Below the pieces are notes generated by a model that had not been told where the DNA came from, made no database searches, and saw nothing but the letters and a program-made list of their open reading frames with translations. A stretch of DNA of 64,000 bases from Bacteroidota bacterium (GTDB lineage Bacteria > Bacteroidota > Bacteroidia > UBA8524): the NCBI GenBank assembly GCA_008933805.1, contig WBUH01000002.1:314696-378695 (forward strand), given 5' to 3'. Positions 40,424-51,400 of this stretch are shown one piece after another. Within the stretch, counting starts at the first letter, position 1, and each line of letters opens with the position of its first letter. A program made the translations under genes and the position numbers.

Positions 40424-41161
40424 ATGTATAAGCTAGTTATACTTCTTGCAGCTTCATTTTTATGTTGCCAATCACCCTATGTGCAAAAGGGGACAGAGAA
40501 CGTTGTTTTGTTTGATACTGTTGCTAACGACAGTTTTGAAATACGGATTGATAACTACCGCCAAAGGGATGTTAAAGGTTCTTACGATACCATCATCTTT
40601 TATTTTGATGCCAGCCTAAAGGCAGGTAATTATTTGCGAAAGTTTTTTAATGATTCCGTTCACAGTAATACGCTACTGGTGGGTATTGCCCATTTTGGTA
40701 ATTACAGAGAGAAACGCCGCCGTGACTTGATGGCCGATAACAATCACATGAACCATCTTTTAGATTCGGGTATAGTACCCTATATACAAGCTCATTACGG
40801 TTGGGCTGACGAGCGGATAATTGTGGGGCACTCGTTTGGTGGTTTGTGGGTCTACCGAGATTTTTTTGCTGCCGACACCCTGTTTACCACATTTATAGCT
40901 GTTAGTCCCTCGTTGTGGGTAGAAGGGACTTTGATGCCTTCAGAATATGCAAAGAGGAGGGGTAAGGAAAACTTGAGAACGCTTTATATGTATTGGGGTG
41001 GCGGTGAGGAGTTTAATTATGTAAAAGGAGCCTGCCACAGGGCTAAGAAGGAGATTGACGCCGATAGTATGTTGCGGGTTAAAATACCCATGAGGGAGTT
41101 GAAAGGCGAAACACACAACACCACACTTACGCCTGCTATGGAATCGTTTTTTGGTAGATGA
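40424..41161 (+). CDS. alpha/beta-hydrolase esterase
   Basis: GHSFGG nucleophile elbow and a signal peptide. Confidence 0.6.
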   Translation: MYKLVILLAASFLCCQSPYVQKGTENVVLFDTVANDSFEIRIDNYRQRDVKGSYDTIIFYFDASLKAGNYLRKFFNDSVHSNTLLVGIAHFGNYREKRRRDLMADNNHMNHLLDSGIVPYIQAHYGWADERIIVGHSFGGLWVYRDFFAADTLFTTFIAVSPSLWVEGTLMPSEYAKRRGKENLRTLYMYWGGGEEFNYVKGACHRAKKEIDADSMLRVKIPMRELKGETHNTTLTPAMESFFGR

Positions 41162-41176
41162 GGTGTACGCGTTTGC

Positions 41177-41215
41177 AGTCATTCCCATTTTAAATGGGAA
41201 TCTGTGGGTGGAGAG
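41177..41215. repeat. GTCAT-hairpin REP-like element
   Basis: cagtcattcccattttaaatgggaatctgtgggtgga, near-identical to 61197-61232. Confidence 0.6.
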
Positions 41216-41242
41216 GTTAAAATATTTTGCAGTAGGTATAAA

Positions 41243-41278
41243 ACAAAAAAAATCCCGCCTTTATGAGGCGGGATTTAC
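41243..41278 (-). terminator. rho-independent terminator of rpsA
   Basis: On the minus strand: aaatcccgcc-tcataa-aggcgggattt stem-loop followed by a U-run, directly downstream of the rpsA stop. Confidence 0.7.
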
Positions 41279-41296
41279 TATAAAGTTCAAAGAATA

Positions 41297-43291
41297 TTAT
41301 TCTTCGGTGCTACCGTTTTCAGCTTCGGTTGAAGGCTCTTCGGCAGTTGGTTCTTCTGTTTTCTCAACACGGGCTTCAGCGTCTTTTTGCAGTTTTTCTG
41401 CTTTTTTAGCGGCTGTTTTCTTTTCTGATGATTCAAGCTGTGCTTTAAGCGCGCTTAATACATCGATATCGCCAAGGGTTGATTTTTCAGTGTTTTGGTT
41501 GATTTTCTTAGCTGCTTTAGAAACTGCTTTTTCTTCCTTCACTTTCTTATCATCAGCATCTGCCTTTTTCACTTTCTCTTCTTCTTTCCAAAGTGCAGTG
41601 TGTGATACTGTAATGCGACGGTTTTCTTTGCTAAACTCAGTTACTTTAAACTCAAGTACTTCGTCTTCTTTAGCATTGCCTTTGTCGGCTTTTTGAAGTT
41701 GTTTCACCGGAGCGTACCCTTCAACACCGTAAGGTAGTGCAATGGTTGCACTCTTATCACCGATTTTAAGTACAGTACCTTCGTGTACTGAACCTTCGGG
41801 GAATAAGGTTTCGAAAGTATCCCATGGGTTTTCATCCAACTGTTTGTGGCCTAGGCTCAAACGGCGGTTTTCTTTGTCAACTTCCAACACCAATACTTCA
41901 AGTTCTTGATCTTTCTTCACAAACTCAGCAGGGTGCTTGATTTTCTTAGACCATGAAAGGTCAGAAACGTGCAACAAACCGTCAACACCTTCTTCCAACT
42001 CAATAAATACACCGTAGTTGGTTAGGTTACGAACGATACCTGTGTGGCGGCTGCCCACAGCGTATTTCTCTTCGATATTAACCCAAGGATCTGGTGAAAG
42101 TTGTTTGATGCCTAATGACATTTTGCGCTCGTCTTTGTCAAGGGTTAAAACAACCGCTTGTACTTCGTCGCCCACTTTCATAAAGTCTTGTGGGTTGCGC
42201 AAGTGTTGGCTCCAGCTCATTTCTGATACGTGTATCAAACCTTCGATGCCTGGGGCAATTTCAAGGAATGCACCGTAATCAGCAACGGTAACAATTTTAC
42301 CTGTTACTTTAGCTTCAACTTTAATCTCTTCTGGAAGGTTATCCCAAGGATGAGACTGAAGTTGTTTCAAGCCCAATGAAATACGTTTCTTGTCGTCGTC
42401 AAAGTCAAGTACAACAACGTTGATTTTTTGGTCAAGCTGCAATACCTCTTCTGGGTGGTTGATACGTCCCCATGAAATATCGGTAATGTGCAACAAACCG
42501 TCAACACCACCCAAATCAATAAACACACCAAATGAGGTCATGTTTTTAACAACACCTTCCAATACCTGACCTTTTTCAAGTTTAGAAAGTATGTCTGATT
42601 TTTGAGCTTCGATATCGTCTTCGATAAGCGCTTTGTGTGAAATTACTACGTTTTTGAACAGTTGGTTGATTTTCACAACTTTAAACTGCATGGTTTGACC
42701 CACGTACACATCGTAATCACGGATGGGTTTAATATCTATTTGAGAGCCGGGAAGGAAAGCATCCATACCCATAACATCCACCACCAAACCGCCTTTTGTG
42801 CGTGATTTGATGTAGCCGGTAACGATTTCATCGTTCTCGTGGGCTTTGATGATGTTTTCCCAAGCCCTTTCGCCAATAGCTTTCTTACGAGAAAGAACTA
42901 ATTGGCCAAGTTTGTCTTCTTTAGTTTCAAGCAATACTTCCACTTCGTCGCCAACTTTAATATCTGGCAAATCGCGGAATTCAGTACGGGCAATCAAACC
43001 GTCTGATTTGAATCCAATGTTCAAAACAATGTCTTTGTCGTTAATAGCCACAACTTGGCCTTTAACAAGTTCGCCTTCGTTAAGTTGGCTCAAAGTGTCT
43101 GAATAAAGGTTCTCTAGCTTTTTCCTTTCAACATCAGAGTAGCCGCCAAATCCTTGGTCGTCCATACTCCAGTCAAAGTCAGCGGGAGCTGCAGGTGCAG
43201 AGGCAGTTTTTACCTCTTTTGGTTTGGCAACCTCATTGGCAGTTACTTCTGCGTTAGGCTGCGGGTCAAGATTTTTGTTTTCTTCTGTCAA
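41297..43291 (-). CDS. rpsA: 30S ribosomal protein S1
   Basis: 664 aa with six S1 OB-fold repeats and a charged Lys/Glu-rich C-terminal tail. Confidence 0.9.
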   Translation of the reverse strand: MTEENKNLDPQPNAEVTANEVAKPKEVKTASAPAAPADFDWSMDDQGFGGYSDVERKKLENLYSDTLSQLNEGELVKGQVVAINDKDIVLNIGFKSDGLIARTEFRDLPDIKVGDEVEVLLETKEDKLGQLVLSRKKAIGERAWENIIKAHENDEIVTGYIKSRTKGGLVVDVMGMDAFLPGSQIDIKPIRDYDVYVGQTMQFKVVKINQLFKNVVISHKALIEDDIEAQKSDILSKLEKGQVLEGVVKNMTSFGVFIDLGGVDGLLHITDISWGRINHPEEVLQLDQKINVVVLDFDDDKKRISLGLKQLQSHPWDNLPEEIKVEAKVTGKIVTVADYGAFLEIAPGIEGLIHVSEMSWSQHLRNPQDFMKVGDEVQAVVLTLDKDERKMSLGIKQLSPDPWVNIEEKYAVGSRHTGIVRNLTNYGVFIELEEGVDGLLHVSDLSWSKKIKHPAEFVKKDQELEVLVLEVDKENRRLSLGHKQLDENPWDTFETLFPEGSVHEGTVLKIGDKSATIALPYGVEGYAPVKQLQKADKGNAKEDEVLEFKVTEFSKENRRITVSHTALWKEEEKVKKADADDKKVKEEKAVSKAAKKINQNTEKSTLGDIDVLSALKAQLESSEKKTAAKKAEKLQKDAEARVEKTEEPTAEEPSTEAENGSTEE

Positions 43292-43373
43292 ATTATTAAT
43301 CCTCCTTTGGGGGGCGGCAAAGGTAGAAAAAATATGGTAAAAACCAAATTTTAACTGATAGTTTTTGAGGCTT

Positions 43374-43814
43374 TTAGGGCTTCACAGGCATGTGATTTTC
43401 TATGCCCTGCATAAATGCTGCATTTTCCACTATCCCTGCCTTTTGTTCATTAAGCAAAATTGATTGATGCAATAAGGGTATTACCTTATCATAGTCAACA
43501 TCTTTGATGTCTTTAAACGTGATACTTTTTACCTGTTTATTCGGGGTGGTGTCTAATAGATTAAACGGGTCTTTTATTTCAGCACCGTTGCAAAAGCAAA
43601 GCGACACTCCTTTGTCGTGGGCATACACATAGCACAAACGCCCGTGATGGTAATAAAACGGGAAGTTGTAGGCTATTTTTTCAGTTATGTTTTTTGAACA
43701 TGAAAATATAAGCTGGCGCAAAAAGCCAACTATGCCCGCATTTTTATTATTTGTAGCTAAAATGTACTGTTCAATAGTATGCATTGTATTTTGTTTTGAA
43801 AAGTGAAAGAACAA
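43374..43814 (-). CDS. DUF1801 (YdhG-like) protein
   Basis: 146 aa. Paralog of the next gene. Confidence 0.45.
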   Translation of the reverse strand: MFFHFSKQNTMHTIEQYILATNNKNAGIVGFLRQLIFSCSKNITEKIAYNFPFYYHHGRLCYVYAHDKGVSLCFCNGAEIKDPFNLLDTTPNKQVKSITFKDIKDVDYDKVIPLLHQSILLNEQKAGIVENAAFMQGIENHMPVKP

Positions 43815-43959
43815 ACAATCAAAAATAGCAAAACCGATAATTAGTTGCTATACCTGTGTAAAAGTGGTTTAAAAGTTTGCAGGTACACACAGCATTATCC
43901 TTTTGCTAAGCGATAACGAGTGTGTGTAGTAAAAAAGTATAAGGGTGTACGTGTAAAAT

Positions 43960-44358
43960 TTAGCAATAAGCAAGTTTGGCGGTGGCATCTTCAGATGCTG
44001 TGGTAGCTTGGTGTAACATTGATAATACCAAATCGGCATTTACTTCTTTTATCGAGTTGAAGAAGATATGTTTTTCATTTTGTCCGTCGGTAGGAAACGA
44101 AACCCCTTCAGGGTCTGTTAGCAAATGTGCGTTACAAAACGATAACGCAGTGCCTTTGTTTTGGTTGTTTATATAGCAAGCTCCGCCGTTGATGTAGTAG
44201 TATGGGGTGTTGTGGCTCATGTCTTCCTCAACATTAGGAGAAAATGATAGTATAATCTCACGCAAGTAGCCAAATATTGCTGCCTGTGTGTTTGAGCATT
44301 CCATGATGTAGTTTTCTATAGCACGCATAATCTTTTCAAATATTTTTAGTTTTCCCAA
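43960..44358 (-). CDS. DUF1801 (YdhG-like) protein (paralog)
   Basis: 132 aa with a similar motif order. Confidence 0.45.
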   Translation of the reverse strand: MGKLKIFEKIMRAIENYIMECSNTQAAIFGYLREIILSFSPNVEEDMSHNTPYYYINGGACYINNQNKGTALSFCNAHLLTDPEGVSFPTDGQNEKHIFFNSIKEVNADLVLSMLHQATTASEDATAKLAYC

Positions 44359-44483
44359 AAACCGGAATAAGCAATTTCACCTCAGTTGAACATTCCTATA
44401 CTTCAAAAATATTTGATGGACTACTAAAATCTTTGTAAGGGCGGGTAAAAAGTTTTAAAGTTTGCATTGTAAATCAGGTATTT

Positions 44484-44882
44484 CTACCTGAAACAGTTGC
44501 CTTTCTGCGTCATCCATGGTAAAATAACGTAGTTCAAACGTCCTGCAATTACTGCCGGATCTTTCTTTACAAGTGCTTCTGCTTCCTCCTTAGTGGGCAC
44601 ATCCAGCACCAATAAACCACGCCAGTCTCCGTCTTCCATAAATGGGCCTGCAACATTTAACAAGCCCAGCGCGTGCAGGCTGTCTAAATGGTTTAAGTGC
44701 TGTTCTTGAATGCGGTTGGTGGTTGTAGAATCTTGGGTGCGGTTGCTGCCTTTGGTGTACATTACAAACATGTACTGTTTTAGCCCGTTGTCAATGCTAT
44801 CGGTTGGTGTTTGGGCGTACGACTTTAAAAATGCGGCTGAAAACAATAGTATGGCAACGGTGGTTTTTTTGATGTAATTCAT
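44484..44882 (-). CDS. YciI-like (dimeric alpha/beta barrel) protein with signal peptide
   Basis: 132 aa with a C-terminal YciI-like region. Confidence 0.45.
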   Translation of the reverse strand: MNYIKKTTVAILLFSAAFLKSYAQTPTDSIDNGLKQYMFVMYTKGSNRTQDSTTTNRIQEQHLNHLDSLHALGLLNVAGPFMEDGDWRGLLVLDVPTKEEAEALVKKDPAVIAGRLNYVILPWMTQKGNCFR

Positions 44883-44894
44883 ACGTGTATTTTT

Positions 44895-46241
44895 TTAAAA
44901 ATCTAACGGTAGATTGTCAAAATTTCCAGAACTCATTAAAAGTAATACTGTGTTGTTTTGAATTACCGAATGCAGGTAGCGGTGCAGCATTTTACTTTCG
45001 GTGTATACTATAACACTGCCGCCAAATGCTTCGGCAACGGTTTCAATATCCAGCGGGGGCATCTTTTTCAGTTCAAGCACGTGTTCGTTAAAAAACACAA
45101 TGGCATCATCGGCTTGTGTTAATGTTTGATGGTATTGCGAAAGAAAACTTTTGTTAAGACTGCTAAAGGTATGCAGCTCAAAACAGGCTACTACTTTGTG
45201 GGTGGGATATTGCTGTTTTACAGCATTTACAGTAGCTTTAACTTTTGAGGGTGAGTGTGCAAAATCCCTAAAAACGACTAAACTGCCGGTGTCTTTAATT
45301 TTTTCGAGCCTGCGGGCGGTGCCGCCAAAAGTTGAAATGGCTGCATAAAAATCATCATCGCTGATGCCTAGTTGGTTGCAAAGGTGCTTTGCTCCGGCCA
45401 TGTTTTGCAGGTTGTGCAGGCCAAATACTTGTAACGGCAAGTTACCGTTTGGTGTGGTTAGAAAGGTTTGCCCGTTTTCAAGGGTATGGGGCAGGGCCTC
45501 GTAGGGGAGTAGTTGCAGACGGTTTGCGTGCGGTGCTACCAACGTTTGCAAATGCTCGTCGGCAGCATAATAGGCTAGGGGGGCACCATCAGGTAGTTGG
45601 TTGATAAACAACTCAAATTGGTGCACATACCCTTCAAACGTGGGGAATACGTTGATATGGTCCCAAGCAATGCCTGTAAGCTGGGCTATATTGGCATGGT
45701 ATACCAAAAACTTAGGGCGCGGGTCGATGGGCGAGGTAAGGTACTCGTCGCCCTCCAGTATTACTATGGGGGAATCGCTCATGCGCACCATTCGTTCAAA
45801 CCCGTCAATGGCTGAGCCTACCAAGTAATCAAACTGCTTGCCCAAGGTGTGCAGCACGTGCATTATCATGGCGGTGGTGGTGGTTTTGCCATGACTGCCG
45901 CCAATTACCACGCGGGTTTTGTTTTTGCTGTGTTCGTATATAAACTCGGGGAAGGAGTATATGGGCAAGCCTAATTCTTTAGCTTTTTGTAACTCCGGAT
46001 TATCGGTACGGGCGTGCATGCCCAATATAACGGCATCAACCTGCGGTGTGATTTTTTCGGGAAACCAACCGAAGGTTTCGGGCAATAAGCCTTTTTCTTT
46101 CAATCGGGTAAGGGCAGGGTCGAATATTTCATCGTCGCTGCCGGTAACGGTGTGGCCTTGTGCCAGTAAATCAAGGGCAAGGTTGTGCATTACTGCGCCG
46201 CCTATGGATATAAAATGGTAGTGCATAGTATAAGGCGGCAA
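44895..46241 (-). CDS. mpl: UDP-N-acetylmuramate:L-alanyl-gamma-D-glutamyl-meso-diaminopimelate ligase
   Basis: 448 aa of the Mur ligase family with the Mpl-type N-terminus (ISIGGAVMHNLA) and a GSHGKTTT P-loop. Confidence 0.85.
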   Translation of the reverse strand: MPPYTMHYHFISIGGAVMHNLALDLLAQGHTVTGSDDEIFDPALTRLKEKGLLPETFGWFPEKITPQVDAVILGMHARTDNPELQKAKELGLPIYSFPEFIYEHSKNKTRVVIGGSHGKTTTTAMIMHVLHTLGKQFDYLVGSAIDGFERMVRMSDSPIVILEGDEYLTSPIDPRPKFLVYHANIAQLTGIAWDHINVFPTFEGYVHQFELFINQLPDGAPLAYYAADEHLQTLVAPHANRLQLLPYEALPHTLENGQTFLTTPNGNLPLQVFGLHNLQNMAGAKHLCNQLGISDDDFYAAISTFGGTARRLEKIKDTGSLVVFRDFAHSPSKVKATVNAVKQQYPTHKVVACFELHTFSSLNKSFLSQYHQTLTQADDAIVFFNEHVLELKKMPPLDIETVAEAFGGSVIVYTESKMLHRYLHSVIQNNTVLLLMSSGNFDNLPLDF

Positions 46242-46354
46242 GTTAAAAAGTTATAGGCAAATTAGTATGCGTGGGAGTAATAGTGAGCGTGTAAACTATA
46301 CTTAAACGGGTTTTAAGGCTACCCAACTTAGTGGGACTACTTAGGAAGACCTTG

Positions 46355-46470
46355 CATTATTGGTTTCCTGTCATGCTGACGAAGGAAGCATCTTATAAAG
46401 AATATGTAAACAGTTAACATATTTGTTATAGGATTCCTCGCTGCGCTTCGGAATGACAAAGATTAGCTAC
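46355..46470. repeat. GTCAT-hairpin REP-like element cluster at the island boundary
   Basis: Positions 46368-46392 (ctgtcatgctgacgaaggaagcatc) are the exact reverse complement of 18216-18240. A second hairpin lies at 46432-46468. Confidence 0.6.
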
Positions 46471-46575
46471 TTTCCGATACAAAAAGTAACTAACTTTTTT
46501 GTTAACAGTATTGGTAAGGGGTTTAACGGTTTACTGTTTTTCAAGGTACAAATAGGGTACAAAAGAAGACAAATA

Positions 46576-46830
46576 TCACTCACTTGTAATCCGTATTTTA
46601 GTATAATTGTCAGAAAGGTCGTCTATTCTACTTTGAACATCTTGCAGGTCGTATTTTATTTGTTGCAAGTCTTCATCTGTCTGAATTTGAATATTTCTTG
46701 TTCTTCTCTGTATAGTATCAATCCTTTTTTGAACATCTAACAATTTTGTATGCATATTGTAAGATAAATAGGCATTTGCAAGAAGTAAAATGAAAATAAA
46801 AAATATGGTAATAGGTACAGCTTTTTTCAT
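46576..46830 (-). CDS. small membrane/coiled-coil protein
   Basis: 84 aa with an N-terminal TM segment then coiled coil. Confidence 0.3.
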   Translation of the reverse strand: MKKAVPITIFFIFILLLANAYLSYNMHTKLLDVQKRIDTIQRRTRNIQIQTDEDLQQIKYDLQDVQSRIDDLSDNYTKIRITSE

Positions 46831-46854
46831 GCAGGTTTAACTTTTAAGGTTAAT

Positions 46855-47208
46855 TCAAATAGGTACACTTGCATAACCGGTTTCAGAAATGATAAGGTGG
46901 TCTAAAATTTCAATGTTTAGATATTTTGCCCCCATCTTTAAGTTGTTTGTTAGGTTTATATCTTCACCGCTTGGGGTTAGGTTCCCTGAAGGATGGTTAT
47001 GCACAAGTATAATCTTACGAATATTTTTTGAAGATGCTAAGTGAAACACGTCTAAGGGTTCTACTCCGGCTTTGTTTAAACTGCCCAATGCTACCAACTC
47101 AATAAATGAGATAACAAGGGTAGGGGTTAACCCGATTACCCAAAAGTGTTCTTTTTGACGGCCTAACCTGTTTTCACGCTTCAGCACCGCTTGCATAATA
47201 GTAAACAC
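46855..47208 (-). CDS. RadC-like JAB/MPN domain protein (short form)
   Basis: HNHPSG JAMM motif and GEDINLTNNL. Typical of the short RadC proteins found on mobile elements. Confidence 0.7.
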   Translation of the reverse strand: MFTIMQAVLKRENRLGRQKEHFWVIGLTPTLVISFIELVALGSLNKAGVEPLDVFHLASSKNIRKIILVHNHPSGNLTPSGEDINLTNNLKMGAKYLNIEILDHLIISETGYASVPI

Positions 47209-47789
47209 ATCTTCACTATTGGCAATCTTAATCTTTTGTTCTTTGGTTAAGCGGACTTGAATACAATGTCCGAATATACATTTATTGGGTTTAACTCCAA
47301 ATACAATAAGGTTATCTCAACTAAGGCAGATGCGTTCCGCTTAAAAGGAAAACAGGAAACGATTATTTACACAAGGGTTTAAGTTTAACCTATTGTCTCT
47401 ATCGTATAAAATATTACACACAAAGCCTTCATTTAGCTTACAAGGCTTTTCCCATAGTTATACAAGTTCAGTTCAGTATCTCTCACTTAGCATTCAAGTT
47501 CAAAGGTGTAATGAGTAACCTTTTCAACGCTTGGAAAAAAAGCACCGGGGGGGTATTTTTTTATGCGGGGGAGTGTTTTTATATTGGGGGTAGTATGTAG
47601 GCTCTCTCTCAGGTATTGGTTTGTAATGAATAAGATAAGGCTACAAGCAACAAAGGAAAAGGCTAAAAGAAGTATTATTTGGAGGGTTGTATAAGTTAAG
47701 TAAGGCTCTCTCTCATTGAGGACTGTTTTCATATAAGGCGTAGAATGTTGTTTCTTTCCCCAAAATAATATTAGTCAGAAAGATGTCTT

Positions 47790-48464
47790 TTAAAAGTCCA
47801 CTTCTAGTTGGTGTCCGTTTTCTTTAAGCCATTTTTTTGCTTTTAAATAATTGGGGACTTGTATCGAAAGTATATTCCAAAACCTTGGAGTATGGTTATT
47901 TTCCAATAGGTGAACTAATTCATGGACGACAAGATATTCAAGTACATACATAGGAGCTTTTATAATACGCCAATTAAAAATGATATTGTTTTTAGGGGTA
48001 CATGACCCCCAGCGGTATTTCATTTCAGATGTTTTAAACTCATTATATTTTACTCCTAGGTTTTTTGCATAGTTTTTTGCTAATGGTTCTATTTTTTTCT
48101 GAGCTTTATGTAGATACCATTTCTTGAACAACTCGTTTGCTTTTGATTGATTGGTTTTTGATATAAGAAAACGGTGATTAAACACTATATCATTTATCTC
48201 TTCTTCAACTACTAATAGTTGATAGTTTTTTCCTAAGTATAAAAGGGTTTCGCCTGAAATAAACTCCTTGGGTTTATAGTCTAGAGGATATTTTTGTGTG
48301 TGACTAATTTTTTCTTTTATCCACTGGCTTTTTGATTGGATAATAGATTCTATTTTTTGTTGTGAAGTATTAATGGGTGCGCGTACAATAATTTTCCTAT
48401 CACGCTCTACAGTTATGTTTAGCGTTTTTCTTTTACTGTATTTTATTTCATAGTCAAATTGCAT
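47790..48464 (-). CDS. YgjP/DUF45-family metal-dependent hydrolase (Type I R-M associated)
   Basis: HELVHLLENNH HExxH-type motif. Located immediately downstream of hsdR with abutting coordinates. Confidence 0.75.
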   Translation of the reverse strand: MQFDYEIKYSKRKTLNITVERDRKIIVRAPINTSQQKIESIIQSKSQWIKEKISHTQKYPLDYKPKEFISGETLLYLGKNYQLLVVEEEINDIVFNHRFLISKTNQSKANELFKKWYLHKAQKKIEPLAKNYAKNLGVKYNEFKTSEMKYRWGSCTPKNNIIFNWRIIKAPMYVLEYLVVHELVHLLENNHTPRFWNILSIQVPNYLKAKKWLKENGHQLEVDF

Positions 48465-51400
48465 TAGTCAATGATTTTAAAGTGGTTGGTTTTTGCCAAT
48501 TCCATTATTCTTGATATTAATTCGTGTCTTTTTGTGATGATGTTAGGAATTGCCTTAAAATCAGGAGATAAAATGCACTTTTGTAAAAATTCTTTTAGCT
48601 TCAATTGTGCTGGAGGACTATCCCAAAAACCTGTTAGCTTAATTTCGGTTACAACTAAATTAACAATGTGCTGGGTTAGGTTTACTGTAAGTGCAATTTC
48701 TTCTTCGGTAAGGGTACGGTTATCAAATAATTCGGCTTTAAAAATCCGAAAGAATGGCATTTGCTTTTTGCGGTCAAGTCCAAACGTTTCTTCTTTTTCC
48801 CTATTCTTTATTTTTTCGCGCAGTTTTTCTAATTCTTCATAAATGGCTTTCCAGTTGCCCTTAAAGTTTTCTAGTATTTTTTCTAAAGCTTCGGAAAACG
48901 AAGCAAATAATTCAGGGTCTTCGTCTATATTTATGTCAATATAGTGGCGAATTGCATGTTCAACCTCTGCAGCTTTTGTTTTTTCTCTTTTCTTGGTATT
49001 TACCCCTTTCTGAAAATCATCAGCTATTATTGATATGGGGGCAACTGTTTGTTCTATTCCTTTCGATTTTAAATATTCATCAGCAATACTTCTTAGCTTA
49101 GGAGGTATGCCTTTCATGCTAAAGCGTTTATCTCTAAAATGTTTGTTTGCTAATTCGTTAATTTCTGTAAAGGCTTTCCAGTCGTTAAAAAAGTCTAATG
49201 CTTCTTTGCGAGGTATTACATTGTTGAAACAGGTCGTTAGTTTTCTATATAGCTTTATGTATTCAAAGCGAATATCTTCATCATAAAATACATCAAAAAA
49301 AGCATCAGCATCCGCAAGGTCTTCTAAGCCTTGTTTTTTTAGAAATTCCCAAATATCCTTATGTGCTTGTATAAGTTCGTTTAGCTCAGTTTCATCATTA
49401 GAAATACAGTCAATAATTTCTTGTATTTCTTTTTCGGCATAGGTATCAAGTGCCCTTTTTAAGTGGTGGCCTATGCCCACAAAATCAACAATGAAACCTT
49501 TATTTTTTCCTTCAGAACCAATACGGTTTACTCTTGCTATGGTTTGTAATAAATTATGTTCTATAATAACCCTATCAAGATACATTACCTGTTCTATGGG
49601 TGCATCAAAACCTGTTAGCAGCATATTGTTTACTATAATAATACCTACGTTGCCAATAATTGTTGCATCTTCATCATCTGCTTGGCTAAAGGGAAGTTTG
49701 AAACGTTTGATGCTTTTTTTGTGATAGCCGCTATTAGTATATTGTTTTATGTGTGGGGCATCGTTATGGCTGCCTGAAATTATTACGGCGGTTTCTAATT
49801 CTTTTAATAAACTTATATCTACCATCAAGGGGTTGTTTGCCTCAAGGGAGGAAATTTTTTCTTTTAAAGCGTCTTCAATGGCACTTTTATATCTAACTGC
49901 TGCTTCACGGCTATTGGCTACAATTTGTGCTTTAAAACCACCTGTAAATATTTGTTCTACATAATGGTTTACCATGCTGTTGGCTTTTTCTTTTATGGTT
50001 TCAGCGGCTTCTAAATAAGCATCGCGGCTGCCAAAGCCCAATATCTGAAGTCGCTCTATCAACTCATACTCACTAAAAACGTCTTCAAACTTTTTATCCA
50101 TGCCTTTTTTATCAGGAATTTCGGCATTGTGGGTAAAGCCTTGGTATATAATTTCTAGTGTTACGCCATCATCAATGGCTTGGCGCATGGTGTATTTGTC
50201 TATATAATCTTTGTATTTTTTTTCGGTTTTGCCTGTTGGTGTACCTGTAAAACCTATTGAGGTTGCATTGGGCAGGGCTTTATCTAAGTTGGCTGCTAAT
50301 AATGAATATTGTGACCGGTGAGCTTCGTCTGTCATTATTAGTATATTGCTATTATTATTTAGTTCAGGAAATAGTTGCAAGCCTTCTAAATCGTCCCCGT
50401 TTTCCTGAAACTTATGTATCATAGCCATTACTAAATCAGAGTTATCATTGCTAAGCAACTCTTTAAGGCTTTTACCATCGGGTACATTTTTTTTGTTTAT
50501 AAAGTGGGCTACTTTAATAGTAAACCCTATGCTTTGGCCTGTATCAGTAAGTTGTTCTTCCAGTTGTGTTCTATCTGTAACAAATACTATTTTCCACGAT
50601 TGCAGTTTGGGTTTCAATCGCATTTCGCGTACTAAAAACATCATGGTTAGTGATTTGCCCGAACCTTGGGTGTGCCATATAATACCCCCACGTTCTAATG
50701 GGTTTTTGCCTTCTAGTAAACGTTTGGTGGCAATTTTTACTGCTCTAAATTGTTGGTAACGGCCTACTACTTTTATTTTTTGTCCTTTATCGTTTATCTG
50801 AAAAACGGTAAATACTTGTATTATATCTAATAAGTTGCGTAAATCAAGCATACCTGCAACCAGCCTTTGTTGGTCGTTAGGTGATGATTTGCCATGTTCT
50901 AAATCATTAAGAGATTTGGGGTAGGGGTCTGTCCATCTATAAAAATGTTTTTCAATGTTTGTAGTAATTGTTCCAAATTTGGCCTCAGTACGGCATGTGG
51001 TTATTATAAACTGATTATAAAAAAACAGTTCTTTATTCCCCTCGCCATTATACCCCCTTTCTTCTGAATAACGCAACAGTTGGTCTATCGCCTCGGGGAT
51101 TGGTTCTTTTACTTTTGATGATTTTGCCTCTACGACTACCACGGGCAAACCGTTTATAAACAAAACAATATCGGGTAAGATGTGGTGGTCTGTACCGGTT
51201 ACTTTTACTTTAAATTGAGATATGGCAGTAAATATGTTGTTTTGAGGGTTTTCAAAATCAATAAAGCGTACGGTAGGGCTTGGCTCGCCTGTTTGCTCGT
51301 TACGTGATACGGTTGTATTTTCTAGCAGGTAGTGTAATACCTGTTGATTGTTTTCTATCAGGCTGTTTTTAGGAAAGGTGGTTATTTTGCGTATCACCTC

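Noticed and set aside
41151-41696. 181-aa plus-strand ORF and other nested ORFs (42018-42278, 42846-43106) inside rpsA
   Set aside because: Antisense to a highly conserved ribosomal protein gene, with low-complexity Ser/Ala/Phe-rich translation. A shadow-ORF artefact.
47560-47720. Direct repeat ggctctctctca(g/t) about 120 bp apart between RadC and YgjP genes, as possible att sites
   Set aside because: A short, imperfect, low-complexity CT tract with no integrase nearby. It could as well be promoter or UP-element sequence, and support is insufficient.
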